Positions 52,732 through 63,078 are shown, counted from the first letter of the stretch. The stretch is DNA of 64,000 nucleotides from an uncultured bacterium (GCA_964586775.1 CAZPJD010000225.1:464-64463); one strand, 5' to 3'. Program-made: numbers and translations. The notes: a model not told the origin generated them from the sequence alone.

Positions 52732-54009
52732 TTACTTCCCGATCGCCGCCGTCAGCACGCGCGGGCCATCCGCCGTGACGAGGATGTCGTCCTCGATGCG
52801 CACACCGCCCACATCACGCCACGCGCCCAGGGCGTCCCAATTCACGCGGTCGCGGTGCGTTTCGCGGCGAACCGGGTCGTCCAGAATCGCGGGCACGAAA
52901 TAGATCCCCGGTTCGACGGTCATCAGAAAGTTCTCGGCAAGCGGCAGATCGACGCGCACGCGCGCGCCGCAGCACATTCGCCCCTCGGGCCGGCCCGACG
53001 CGCGGCCGCCCACGTCGCGCACGCTGAGGCCCACCATGTGGCCGACGCCGTGCGGGAAAAACAGCGCGATCGCACCCGACTCGAGCAGCTCGTCGTCGCC
53101 ACCGCGCACGAGGCCCGCGTCGCGCAGCCCCGTCGCCATCACGCGCGCGGCGGCGCGGTGCACGTCGTGCCATTCGACGCCGACGCGGCAGCCCTCGATG
53201 GCCGCGAGCTGCGCCGCAAGCACGATGTCGAAGATCGCCTGTTGTCGCCCGTTGAACGCGCCGGCGGCCGCGAATGTGCGCGTCACGTCGGCGGTGTAGC
53301 CGTCGATCTCGCCGCCCGCGTCCACGAGCACCACGTCGTTCTCGCCGATGACGCGCGCGCCGGGCTCGAAGTGCAGCACCGCCGCGTTCGAACCCGCGCC
53401 GACGATCGTGCCGTAGCCAACGCCGGTCGCGCCGCTGCGAAAGAACTCGGCCTCGATCTCGATCGCGACCTCGCGTTCCGTGCGCCCCGGGCGAATCATT
53501 TCGCGCGCTTTCGCGTAACCCGCCGCGGTCGCGGCGACGGCGCGTTCGACGAGCGCGATCTCGGCCGCGTCCTTGGGCCGGCGTGCCGCATCGAATCGAT
53601 CCTGAACGCTCGCCGAGATTTCGGCCTCGAACGCGATGCCGGGTACGGGCGCGCCGAGCGACGCGATGCGCCGTCCCGCCCGCGCACGCAGCCACGCGTC
53701 GAGGTGGGCGATGTCCTCACCCGGGGGCACGTCGGGCTCGCCCTCCCACAGACGTTCGTCGGCCGACGCGGGGCGTACGAAGTGCGTCCATCCGCCCATC
53801 GCGTCCCACGCCATCACGCCGCCGGGCCGACGCGAACCCGTGAGCCAGTAGTATTCGGGGTACGGGATGAAGGGATAGGTTTGATCGAGCCCACCGGGCT
53901 TGCCGATCGGCTCGCCCGCGCCGACGCACACCACGTCCGCCGCGCCGCCCATCGCGTCCGCAGCGCGCCGTTTTCTCGCTTTCAGAACGTCATCCGAAAA
54001 AACTGCCAT
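52732..54009 (-). CDS. pepP: Xaa-Pro aminopeptidase (M24B)
   Basis: 425 aa. DVVLVDAGGEIDGYTADVTRTF, HGVGHMVGLSVRD, VEPGIYF and GGVRIEDDILVT are the M24B metal-ligand motifs. Confidence 0.85.
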   Translation of the reverse strand: MAVFSDDVLKARKRRAADAMGGAADVVCVGAGEPIGKPGGLDQTYPFIPYPEYYWLTGSRRPGGVMAWDAMGGWTHFVRPASADERLWEGEPDVPPGEDIAHLDAWLRARAGRRIASLGAPVPGIAFEAEISASVQDRFDAARRPKDAAEIALVERAVAATAAGYAKAREMIRPGRTEREVAIEIEAEFFRSGATGVGYGTIVGAGSNAAVLHFEPGARVIGENDVVLVDAGGEIDGYTADVTRTFAAAGAFNGRQQAIFDIVLAAQLAAIEGCRVGVEWHDVHRAAARVMATGLRDAGLVRGGDDELLESGAIALFFPHGVGHMVGLSVRDVGGRASGRPEGRMCCGARVRVDLPLAENFLMTVEPGIYFVPAILDDPVRRETHRDRVNWDALGAWRDVGGVRIEDDILVTADGPRVLTAAIGK

Positions 54010-54128
54010 GTGGCCTCCCGTGCGCGCGCATCATACGCCGAACGACGCGAGGTGCGAACATCGAGACGGGTTCGCGGTGGCATCATCGACGCAAATGGGT
54101 GGGAGCGGTTGCGGAAAGCGCCACGGCG

Positions 54129-55397
54129 CTAGGAGAGTATCCTTTTCGGGCGCGGGCGACTTTTGGCGGTCGCGACACCTCGCCGCTCGATCAACGCGCG
54201 CGTACGCTCCACTTCCGCGGCCAGTAACTTTTCGTCGGGCAGCGCGAGACGGTACTGCGCGGCCACGACCTTGTTCGGCAAGCCCTCGAGGGCATAGCGA
54301 GCGAGCGCCGCACCCCTGCTCGTACATAGGATCAGGCCCACGGGCGGGTTCTCGTCGTCGGCCATCCAATGCTCCCGCGCGTAGTTCAGATACATATGCA
54401 TCTGCCCGGCGTCGGCGTGCGTGAACTTGCCGACCTTGAGATCGATCACGACCAGACAGCGCAGGCGGCGGTGGAAGAACAACAGATCGACGCGATACCA
54501 CTCGTCGTCGATGCGCAGACGGCGCTGGCGGCCGACGAACGCGAAGTCGCCGCCCAGTTCGAGCAGGAAGCGCTCGAGTTGTTCGATGAGCGCGCCTTCG
54601 AGTTCGCTCTCGGAATATTCGTCGCGCAGCCCCAGGAATTCGAGCACCAGCGGGTCCTTGATCTCCTCCTCGGGCGTGACGGCATCGCCGGGTCTCGGCT
54701 TCGCCCCCTTGCGGAGCATCGCCGCCTTGTTGCGCGACATCAGGGTGCGTTCGTAGAACAGGCTCGAGATCTGGCGGTCGAGCTGGCGCACGGTCCATCC
54801 GCCGCGCAGCGCCTCGGTCTCGTAGAAACGGCGCGCGTCTTCGGACACGACGGAGAGCAGGCGAACGTAGTGCGACCAAGGGAGCGGGAACGCTTGCGCC
54901 AATTCGTGTAGGCCAAGTTTCCGCGAGGAGGTCACAGGCCCAAAGGTCGAGCGGTCGCTCGCGGCGGATTTTCCAGACAGTGTCTGGCGATTCGAGGTCC
55001 CCACGCTTTTCGAAGATTTGCCAGACAGTGTCTGGCAAATGTTCTCCGGCGGATACGACTCGAAAAATGACCTCATGTTCTGAAGATTCTGACGCGAGAA
55101 TCCCCGACCGATTTTTTTCGTCAAATCACCGGCAAGCATTTCCAGCAGCCGCTTGCCGTAAGTCGCCCTCGTCTCGCCGCCCTGCTCGGTCTCGACGATC
55201 CTCCGCCCGATTTCCCAGTAGGTCGCGGTCATGACCGCATTGACGGCTCTGGCCGACGCACGCCGGGCGGACTCCAGCAGCGCCACGACATCGGAGAGGA
55301 CGCGGTCGTAGCCGCCGACCGGATTGCCGCTCGACGCGCCCGGCACCGCCGCCCGTTTTCGCGCGGGCGGAGTCCGCTTTCGCTCAGTAGCTGCCAT
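54129..55397 (-). CDS. YhcG/DUF1016 family PD-(D/E)xK nuclease-domain protein
   Basis: 422 aa. YWEIGRRIV...GFSRQNLQNMRSFF...WSHYVRLLSV...FYETEALRGGWTVRQLDRQI... The C-terminal core is RVDLLFFHRRLRCLVVIDLKVGKF (D...D-L-K). Overlaps the upstream gene's 3' end by 14 nt. Confidence 0.85.
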   Translation of the reverse strand: MAATERKRTPPARKRAAVPGASSGNPVGGYDRVLSDVVALLESARRASARAVNAVMTATYWEIGRRIVETEQGGETRATYGKRLLEMLAGDLTKKIGRGFSRQNLQNMRSFFESYPPENICQTLSGKSSKSVGTSNRQTLSGKSAASDRSTFGPVTSSRKLGLHELAQAFPLPWSHYVRLLSVVSEDARRFYETEALRGGWTVRQLDRQISSLFYERTLMSRNKAAMLRKGAKPRPGDAVTPEEEIKDPLVLEFLGLRDEYSESELEGALIEQLERFLLELGGDFAFVGRQRRLRIDDEWYRVDLLFFHRRLRCLVVIDLKVGKFTHADAGQMHMYLNYAREHWMADDENPPVGLILCTSRGAALARYALEGLPNKVVAAQYRLALPDEKLLAAEVERTRALIERRGVATAKSRPRPKRILS

Positions 55398-57606
55398 ACG
55401 CCGCGTTGAGTTCGCCGAAGTCGTAGAACAGGTCCCCGACGCCGTCGGGCGTCCACAGACTCCAGGCGAGTTCCTCGGTCGCGGGCAGCCACAGCCAGTT
55501 CGGATCGGCGAAGTCGTCGCTCGTGCCCGGCGTCGGTTTGCCGATGAAGCCCGAGCCGCCGAAGTCGCTCGCGTTCTTCATCCACATGAAGCTCTGGCTC
55601 ACGTTGTCGCCGCCGGGGCCGCCCACGTAGGACGCGATGCCCGCCGCCGAGAATTCCGTGAACGTCGAAAACGCGTAGACGTAGTTGAGGATCGCCGAGC
55701 CGTTGGCAAGCCACGCGCACCAGGTGATGCCGTCGTCTTTGGGAATCAGGCCGTAGACGCTCGGCGGCTCGGGCGGATTCTCGCCCGGCGCGGGCGCGGC
55801 GAGGCGCGAGCCGTTCTGCATCGACGCGATCATGTCGGCCCACACGAAGACGTGCGTGCCCGGCATCTGCGAACGCACCCGGCGCACGACCTCGCTCACC
55901 GAATAGCCGAACAGCTCGGCGGGGGATTTTGCCGCCGACGCGCAGACGGGGTTTTCGTTGAAGCGCGCGATGTCGGTGTGGCCGATGTGGATCGCAGTGG
56001 GTGCGAGCACATCGCGGATGTTCGCGAGCATCGGCTCTAAAATGTCCGTGTACATTCCTTCGACGAGCGGGCAGGTGTCGTCGCTATCGCCTTCGGCGCA
56101 GTCGTATCCGCGCAGCGCGCACTCGGCGATCACGCGATCGGCGTGGCCGTACCACGAAAATGCGGGCACGGGTTCCATGCCGTGGGCGCGCACGAATTCG
56201 AACAGTTCGGAGCCGTCCTCGCGCACGAACTCGTTATCGAGATCGAAGTACCAGTCGCCGGGGATGACGAGGTGCGTGAGCTTGAGCTCGCCGAGGTAGC
56301 GGATGCGGCGCTTGGCCTCGTCGGTGAGCGGCAACAGGTTTTCAACGACCGTGCCGCGGATCGGGAAATCGGGCCGATCGGCGACGGTGATCGCGGGGAT
56401 CGCTTCGGCGCTTTCGTGCTGGTTGACGACGCGCAACAGGCTGCCCGTGCCGTAGATGGCGCCGGCGAAATCCGCGCCCGCCACGGCGATGCCGCTCGCC
56501 GAGACCTCGAGCAAGTACGAACCGGGCACGGTGCCCGCGGGCAGAAAGCGCGCGTCGTTCATGGCGCGCAGCACGCCGTTGTCGTCGAGGGTGCCGATGG
56601 CGATGACGTTATCCGCGCCGGTCACATCGACCGATGGCGCGAGCGCGGGCCGCGAGCCGGTCATGCGCTCGATGGCGTCCTGCAGAAACGACGCGACATC
56701 GGCGTAGCGCGACATCTGGTCGGGCGGCAGGGCGATCACGGTTTCGGCGTTCGGGGTAAAGCCCGCCTCGGGGCGGAAGCCCGCGGGGTGCGGCTCGGGC
56801 ACGATCGCCAGCTTGTAGGGACTTTGCACATCGGCGCGGAAGCCGCGGTCGTAAATTTCGGCCTCGCTCATCGCGCGATTCCACACACGCAGGTCGTCGA
56901 CCAGCGCGTCGGGCGCGGAGCCGGTTTGCAGGCCGCCCAACAGGATCGGCACGTCGGCGTCGAAGCCGGAGACGGGGCCGCGCATCTCGGCGACGAGCGA
57001 TCCGTCGAGATACAGGCGACGCACGGCGTCGTGATCGCGGTCGCCCACGCCCTTCCACGTGACGGCGAAGTGCGTCCATCCGCTGCGCCAGATCCACGGC
57101 TTGCGGATCGAGAAGCCATAGTAGTCGAGCACGGGGCGGTCGTCGGTGGGCGTCACGCCCGCGCCGCCGATGGCGAAGACGGGCTTGTTCTTCAGGCCGT
57201 CCTTGAACATCGAAAAATTCGTCTCGTCGCCGATGGCGAGCAGGTGGCGCTTGATGCCGTCGTGCCAGACGGTCTTGGGCAGCACCCACATCTCGAGCGT
57301 GCCGTCGGTCGAGGGCACGCGGCCGATGGCCGGGGCGACGAGCTGCACGCCCTCGCCCAGCGCGATCGCGTTGCCGGTCAAACCCGGCACAAACGCCGCG
57401 TCGGCGTCGCCCGCGACCAGCGTCGCGCCCTTGGCGGCCAAGTCGTCGGCGCTCTCGAAGTCGAGCGACCACACGAGCTCGCCGCCATCGTCGTCATCGT
57501 CGTCGTCATCGCCGCCGGAGCAAGCCGACGCAATCAGCGCGACGCACGCCGCCACGCACCAAATCCCCAGCGCGCCGAATCGCGCGTCGCGAAGTTTTCG
57601 CGTCAT
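55384..57606 (-). CDS. Lipoprotein with poly-Asp linker, LamG/ConA-like lectin domain and putative TIM-barrel glycoside-hydrolase-like domain
   Basis: GGAGGAG RBS. Lipobox LIASAC followed by SGGDDDDDDDDGG. LamG pattern LYLDGSLVAE...DDLRVWNRAMSEAEI. The later ADRPDFPIRG boundary and IHIGHTD are reminiscent of GH20-like enzymes, with low certainty. Confidence 0.6.
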   Translation of the reverse strand: MTRKLRDARFGALGIWCVAACVALIASACSGGDDDDDDDDGGELVWSLDFESADDLAAKGATLVAGDADAAFVPGLTGNAIALGEGVQLVAPAIGRVPSTDGTLEMWVLPKTVWHDGIKRHLLAIGDETNFSMFKDGLKNKPVFAIGGAGVTPTDDRPVLDYYGFSIRKPWIWRSGWTHFAVTWKGVGDRDHDAVRRLYLDGSLVAEMRGPVSGFDADVPILLGGLQTGSAPDALVDDLRVWNRAMSEAEIYDRGFRADVQSPYKLAIVPEPHPAGFRPEAGFTPNAETVIALPPDQMSRYADVASFLQDAIERMTGSRPALAPSVDVTGADNVIAIGTLDDNGVLRAMNDARFLPAGTVPGSYLLEVSASGIAVAGADFAGAIYGTGSLLRVVNQHESAEAIPAITVADRPDFPIRGTVVENLLPLTDEAKRRIRYLGELKLTHLVIPGDWYFDLDNEFVREDGSELFEFVRAHGMEPVPAFSWYGHADRVIAECALRGYDCAEGDSDDTCPLVEGMYTDILEPMLANIRDVLAPTAIHIGHTDIARFNENPVCASAAKSPAELFGYSVSEVVRRVRSQMPGTHVFVWADMIASMQNGSRLAAPAPGENPPEPPSVYGLIPKDDGITWCAWLANGSAILNYVYAFSTFTEFSAAGIASYVGGPGGDNVSQSFMWMKNASDFGGSGFIGKPTPGTSDDFADPNWLWLPATEELAWSLWTPDGVGDLFYDFGELNAAYGSY

Positions 57607-57610
57607 GGAT

Positions 57611-60400
57611 CTACTCCTCCAACACGTCTGGATCGAGCGGGTCGGCCAGCCATTCGGGATCGACCAGCATGTAGAGGTTGTCCTCAATGATCTGGCCTTG
57701 GCTCTTGAGGAACAACGCGGCCTGACGGCGCGCGGCGATGGAATACATGATGGAGTAGGGGTCGAAGCGCGGGGCGAGCATGTACTCGTGGTTGTATCCC
57801 GGGTGCACGCGCCACGCCTGATGCGCCACGCTCTGCAACGGCAGGTTGCCGTTGGCGAACGACACGCGGATCTCGTTGAGCGCGCCGCGGTCGAGCAGAT
57901 TGTCCATGTGCCAATCGTCGATGACGCCCGCCGCGCGGATGATCGCCGTGCCCGCCTGCAGAGGAATCGCCGAGTCGGGCGAGCACACCTGCATGATGAA
58001 GTTCTTCGGGCCCGCCTCGGTCACCGGATCGAGGAACAGGTGCGGCGCGAAGCTGATGGGGTCGGACAGGCCGACGGCCCACTGCGCGTTGTCGATGAAC
58101 GAGCGCGCCTCGGGCGTGTTGCGATCGACGCCCAGGCCCCGGTACTCGGTGGCGAACTCGAACTTGCCGATGGGCTTCTCGGTCGCCGGATCGGTCACCG
58201 TCAGCCGCAGCCAGTCGCCCTTGTCCGCGCCCACCGCGATGGCGAAATTCCCCGTCGCGTCCACCGTCTTGTGCTTGATGACGCCGGTCTTGGTGTTTTC
58301 CATGCTGATGCGCTTGCCCGCCGCGAGGGGCACGTCGCCGATGAAGGTGTTGAACACCTCGCTGCCGAATTCGAGATCGAGCGCCTCGGCGTGATAGTTG
58401 AGGTGCGTCACGCCCTTGGCCGCGTCGGGCGTGCCGATGATCATGGGACCGAGCAGGTCGGCGCGCACGCCGTAGTTGACGTTGGGGATCGTCGTGCGCT
58501 GCAAAATGTCGGTGAGACCGCCGCCGGGCACGTTGAACACGGCGGACTTGATCTCGGGCTCCAGCGACACGAAGGGAATGCCGATCAGCGAGCCGAGGCT
58601 CATGCCGACGAACGAGATTTCACCGTCCGGCCCGGCCACGTCGAGCACGCCGTCGAGGTTGAAATCGCCCTCCTCCAGATCCAGCTTGCCGTTGCCGTTC
58701 CAATCCGTGCCCATGTTGCGCAGCACGCGCACGGCCTGGAAAAGATCGAACACGGTTTGGTGCGAGATCGCCACCGTGCGGAAGATGTCGGCCGAATAAA
58801 AGCTCTGGCCCGAGATGATGAGCCCGTCGCCGTCGAAGTCCGGCGTGCGCCCGTGCAGCATCGCGCCCAGGAACGTCTTGTCCTTCAGCACCTGCACCAG
58901 CTCTTTCGAATCGAGGCCGCTGATGTCGATGTTGGGGTAGAAGATCCCCATGATGATCTTGACAAGCAGGCTCGCCGGCACGTCGCCCAGCGGGCCGATC
59001 TCAAGGTCGTTGAAGCTGTCGAGCGCGTAGTAGATGGCGCTCACGTAAGTCTCGGGGCCGTGCTCCGCCGCGTCGATACCGATCGTCGCGATGCCCTGCT
59101 CGGCCATGTGGTTCGCCAGCGCCAGCATGTCGAGCCGGTTGCGGATGTTGGCGTGCTGGTGGAACGTGATCGGGTACGGCGGCTGCGCATAGTTGTTCTT
59201 GGCGCACGGCTTGGGCACCGCGATGTAGAACGGCACCTCCTCGGGCGCCCACTCGGCCTCGCCGGTTTCGTAGTTCACGTGAAAGACGCGGTCGTGCGTT
59301 TCGAGGAAGCTCGCGGTCGTGAACGATCCCGAGACGATGTAGTCCACGCTGTCGGTGCCGAACATGACGTCGAGCGGCACGTTCTGGCCGCCCTCGATGA
59401 ATCCGCCGATCAGATCCATGAAGCTGCCGAAGGCCCGCGCGTCCATGACGTAGTCGTTGCCGTCGGTCTCGGTGCCCATCGAGAACGGATCGAGCTGCGT
59501 GATCTTGGGGACGAGATCGTCGGCGAGGTAGTCGAATGGGCCCTCGCCGTGAAGTCCGCGCCGCAGCTCCTGCAAATGATCGGTGATCGTCGCCGTCGTG
59601 AATTCCCAACCAAACGCGATGTCCTCGGGATTCACGCCTTTTTTCGTCGCCAGAATCTCGGCGGCGTCGGTGAGCGAATCGAACTGCTCGGGGAACGTGA
59701 CCTTTTCAAAATAATCCGGCGGGCGCACCGGGAAACCGTTCTCGCCCTTCAGGCCGGTCGTCAGCACCACGGCGTATTTGCTGGCCTGCTTGAGCGGCAC
59801 GAGCGGGCGGATCAGCAGCGTGTTCGTCGCGTCCTCATACCACTCCACGCGGTTGTCCGCGGCGAAGATGACCGTGGGGTTGTCGGCGTTTTCGTCGTTC
59901 GGGAAAAACGCCTCGGGGTCCACCATGTTCTTGGGGTAGTAGCCCTTGCCCAGGTCGAGCTCGACGATGTCGCCGTAGTACTTGGAGTCGCGCTGCACGT
60001 TGACGAGGTAGATGTTCTCGTCGCGGATCGTGAACAGGTTGATCGGCATCGAGAACGACACGGCGACGTGCGAGAAGTTCGCGAAACCGTCGAGCTGACG
60101 AAGCCTCGAGCGCAGGTCGCGCCCGAGCTGCGTCTCGGCCTCCTGCGGAATGTTGACGCGAAGGCCGGTGCGCGTCGTCGGGTCGTCTTTGGCGAGGATG
60201 TTGTTGGGCTGCGGGATCAGCGAAATCGGTTTCGCGCCCGGCTCGAAGAGCACCTCGGGGCCGTCGCCGCCGGGGTTCTCGAAGTCGTAGCCCTCGGGCC
60301 GCTCATCGTCCGATTCGCCGCGGGTGCATCCCCCCGCCGTCACGAGCGCGAGCGCCAGCACCGCCAAACCTACCCACGACCAATTCGCTTTCACCACCAT
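57611..60400 (-). CDS. Large lipoprotein, putative secreted alpha/beta hydrolase (lipase-like) with Ca-binding-type loops
   Basis: Start MVVKANWSWVGLAVLALALVTAGGC (alternative ATG at 60436). ISFVGMSLGSLIG (GxSxG). DFDGDG and NGNGKLDLEEGDFNLDGVLD loops. Track ORF 57611-60685 is over-extended at the 5' end. Confidence 0.55.
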   Translation of the reverse strand: MVVKANWSWVGLAVLALALVTAGGCTRGESDDERPEGYDFENPGGDGPEVLFEPGAKPISLIPQPNNILAKDDPTTRTGLRVNIPQEAETQLGRDLRSRLRQLDGFANFSHVAVSFSMPINLFTIRDENIYLVNVQRDSKYYGDIVELDLGKGYYPKNMVDPEAFFPNDENADNPTVIFAADNRVEWYEDATNTLLIRPLVPLKQASKYAVVLTTGLKGENGFPVRPPDYFEKVTFPEQFDSLTDAAEILATKKGVNPEDIAFGWEFTTATITDHLQELRRGLHGEGPFDYLADDLVPKITQLDPFSMGTETDGNDYVMDARAFGSFMDLIGGFIEGGQNVPLDVMFGTDSVDYIVSGSFTTASFLETHDRVFHVNYETGEAEWAPEEVPFYIAVPKPCAKNNYAQPPYPITFHQHANIRNRLDMLALANHMAEQGIATIGIDAAEHGPETYVSAIYYALDSFNDLEIGPLGDVPASLLVKIIMGIFYPNIDISGLDSKELVQVLKDKTFLGAMLHGRTPDFDGDGLIISGQSFYSADIFRTVAISHQTVFDLFQAVRVLRNMGTDWNGNGKLDLEEGDFNLDGVLDVAGPDGEISFVGMSLGSLIGIPFVSLEPEIKSAVFNVPGGGLTDILQRTTIPNVNYGVRADLLGPMIIGTPDAAKGVTHLNYHAEALDLEFGSEVFNTFIGDVPLAAGKRISMENTKTGVIKHKTVDATGNFAIAVGADKGDWLRLTVTDPATEKPIGKFEFATEYRGLGVDRNTPEARSFIDNAQWAVGLSDPISFAPHLFLDPVTEAGPKNFIMQVCSPDSAIPLQAGTAIIRAAGVIDDWHMDNLLDRGALNEIRVSFANGNLPLQSVAHQAWRVHPGYNHEYMLAPRFDPYSIMYSIAARRQAALFLKSQGQIIEDNLYMLVDPEWLADPLDPDVLEE

Positions 60401-60627
60401 CCCCCAAGCCGAAGCGCGCCCCACGCACGCGCGCATCGCGACCGATGCCCTTCGCGCGGGGGTCGTCACAGGGGCGAAAGTGTACCGCTCGCGCCAAGTG
60501 CTCGCAAGCCGTTTTGAAAGGTTATTCAAATGGACGGTGTGGCGCGGCCGAGCTCGGGGACATGCAGCGCGAAGCGATGCGTGTCCCCGACCGATCAAGC
60601 CAAGCGAAGCGAGACGGGGCGCGGGCC

Positions 60628-61368
60628 TCAGCCCGGCGTGCCCCCGTTCACGATCACGGGCAGCTTCGATTTCCAGTTGTTCCAAACATCATCGTTTGTG
60701 GCGAGATCGCACATGAAGTGCGCCACATTCGCCATGTTGGTGCTGCCGGGCGCGAAGAGGCTGTTCACGAGGCCCTCGTGCGTCGCGTAGGGCGTCACGT
60801 CGCCATCCAGCAGCGAGTCGGGCCGGAGGGCCACCCACTCGACGCACGGGTTCGCCTCGCCGATGCGCTGTATCAAGAAATCCGCCGCGCGCTGGTTGTC
60901 CTTTGCCGGCGGAACCAAGGCTCGGATCAGGCCGACCACCGCCCTCTCGAACGCGCCCCGGCGCGTGTCGAGCCCGCCCGGGCGATTGACCGAGACGCTG
61001 CTCATCAGGATGAACCGCACGGGCCGCGCGGGACGCGTCGCCTCGATCGCGCGGCACAGGCGCTCGGTCGCCCGCGCCACCAGATCGCGCGGCGGGCCGA
61101 AGACGCCCCTGAAGCTGAGGACGTGGCCGAGGCACGAGATCACCGCGACGCACCCGCTCGTGTGGCGCGAAAGCTCGTCGTCCGAAAGCGAGAGCAAATC
61201 GGCGACGATCACGTCGAGGTCGGCGTGCCCCGCCACGCCCGGCGGGAGCCGATCGGCGGAACGCACGATGGCGCGCACGCGAACGCCCCGGGCGAGGAGC
61301 TGCGTCAACACGCGCCCGCCCGTGCGCCCGGTGCCGCCGACGAGAAGAACGGGTTGTGGTGTGGTCAT
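60628..61368 (-). CDS. NAD(P)-binding atypical SDR (NmrA/BVR-B-like)
   Basis: 246 aa. VLLVGGTGRTGGRVLTQLLARG Rossmann motif. Confidence 0.7.
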   Translation of the reverse strand: MTTPQPVLLVGGTGRTGGRVLTQLLARGVRVRAIVRSADRLPPGVAGHADLDVIVADLLSLSDDELSRHTSGCVAVISCLGHVLSFRGVFGPPRDLVARATERLCRAIEATRPARPVRFILMSSVSVNRPGGLDTRRGAFERAVVGLIRALVPPAKDNQRAADFLIQRIGEANPCVEWVALRPDSLLDGDVTPYATHEGLVNSLFAPGSTNMANVAHFMCDLATNDDVWNNWKSKLPVIVNGGTPG

Positions 61369-61530
61369 TTATCGAACCCCTCCGACCGTCTTGTAAGGCT
61401 CAATACACAAGTGCCGCAAGAGGTGGACCGGGGCGAGGCGCACGGATCACGCGCGATGTCGGCCTGACGCAACGTTTTTCGCGCGAATACCGCGGCGAAC
61501 CGGCTCGCGCTGGACGCCCCTCGTCGGCCT

Positions 61531-63078
61531 TCAGCGCGCGGAGGCCGGCGCCGGCGTTTTGGCCGGCGGCGCGTCGGCGCGTTCGCGCAGCCGCTCGAAC
61601 GCGCGTTCCACCTGCACCTGAACGTCGCGATACGACGCGAGGGGGTGGAAACCGACGGAAATGCGCGAGCCCTTTTCCACGATGGCGCTTTCGGCGCGGC
61701 GGGCCAGCTTGATCGCCTGAAGGTAGTAGCGGTTTTCGCGCAGCCAATTTCGGCCCACGCGCTTGGCATAGGATTGAATCGCCGCGCGGTAGAAGTCCAG
61801 CCGGAAGACCGACTTGATGCGTTCGCGCCACGAATAGTAGCAGCGGTGCGCGCGGATCTGGCTCCACTGCAATTCGGTCGGGCTGAGGCGTTGCGGCCGG
61901 AACACGACATGATGCCCGTCGTAAAAACTCCAGTCGCGCACGACGAGTCGATCCTCGCGCTCCAACTCGCGAAAGGTCTCGGTGCCGGGCATCGGCGTGA
62001 GGATCATGAACTGCGCGGTACGCAGCCGCTGTTTCATGGCGTATCGCCACGTGCGCCTCAGATCCGCTCCCGTGTCGGTGTCGAAGCCGAACACGAACAT
62101 GCCGTGGATGCCGATTTTGTGGCGGTGAATCGCCGCGATCGCGTTCGTGGCCTGCTCGCTCGTCTGGGCTTTTTTCATCAGGCCGAGCGTTTCGTCGGAA
62201 ATCGATTCGAACCCGATGTAGACGTGACGGCACCCGGCGGCGCTCATCAGGCGAAGGAATTCCTCGTCGCGGGCGAAGTCGATGCGCACCTGCGCGGACC
62301 ATCGCAGACCGGGGCACCGCTCGATCATCCCTTCCAGAATCCGCCGGGTACGCGGGATGTTCACGCAGAAGTTGTCGTCATAAAAGAACGCGAAATCGCG
62401 CTTGGGATCGCATTGCGCGACCTCGTTCAGCACGTCGTCGACGTCGCGATAGCGCATGCCGCGGCCGAACATGCGCGTGACGGAACAGAACGAACACGCG
62501 AACGGACAGCCGCGCGACGTCTGGATCGGTACGATACGCCAGCGCGTAACGCCGCGGCGCGCCTGGTAACCCTCAACGAGACCCATGTCGGGGATCGGAT
62601 TCGCGCGAAGGTCCACCGGCGTGAAATCCAGCGGGTTGTGGACGACTTCGCCGTCGCGCCGATATGAAAGCCCGGGCACGCCGTCGAACGGGCCGCCCGC
62701 TTCCCACGCGGTCATGAACGCCAACATCGAGCGTTCGGCTTCGCCCCGCAGGACGAAGTCGCAGTGCCGCAGAGCTTCCTCGGGCAGAAAAGTGACATGC
62801 GGCCCGCCCATGATGACGGGCACTCCGCGGGCGCGGATCTGCCGCGCCATTTCATAACCGCGCGGCGCGGTGGGGGTCAGGACCGAGATGGCCGCGAGAT
62901 CGGCGGACAGCACGGACTCGAAATCGATGTCGAGAATGTCCTCGACGTAAACGCGCGTGCGATGGCCGTGCCCGCGCAGGATCGTCGCCAACAGCACGGG
63001 ACCCAGGCGCGGAATCCCGAAGCCGGAGAAGATGTGCGAGTTCGGTGACCGGGGCTCGAGAAAAACGACGTTCGCCAT
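61531..63078 (-). CDS. B12-binding-domain radical SAM protein
   Basis: N-terminal Rossmann-like cobalamin-binding-type domain (VPVIMGGPHVTF). SRGCPFACSFCSV (CxxxCxxC). Long helical C-terminal extension. ATG at 63078 with GGAAG RBS. Confidence 0.8.
   Translation of the reverse strand: MANVVFLEPRSPNSHIFSGFGIPRLGPVLLATILRGHGHRTRVYVEDILDIDFESVLSADLAAISVLTPTAPRGYEMARQIRARGVPVIMGGPHVTFLPEEALRHCDFVLRGEAERSMLAFMTAWEAGGPFDGVPGLSYRRDGEVVHNPLDFTPVDLRANPIPDMGLVEGYQARRGVTRWRIVPIQTSRGCPFACSFCSVTRMFGRGMRYRDVDDVLNEVAQCDPKRDFAFFYDDNFCVNIPRTRRILEGMIERCPGLRWSAQVRIDFARDEEFLRLMSAAGCRHVYIGFESISDETLGLMKKAQTSEQATNAIAAIHRHKIGIHGMFVFGFDTDTGADLRRTWRYAMKQRLRTAQFMILTPMPGTETFRELEREDRLVVRDWSFYDGHHVVFRPQRLSPTELQWSQIRAHRCYYSWRERIKSVFRLDFYRAAIQSYAKRVGRNWLRENRYYLQAIKLARRAESAIVEKGSRISVGFHPLASYRDVQVQVERAFERLRERADAPPAKTPAPASAR

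Noticed and set aside
57146-60517. 1123-aa plus-strand ORF
   Set aside because: It is antisense to the two lipoprotein genes (55384-57606 and 57611-60400), which have RBS, signal peptides and domain motifs. The translation is Arg/Val/His-rich with no recognisable domain.
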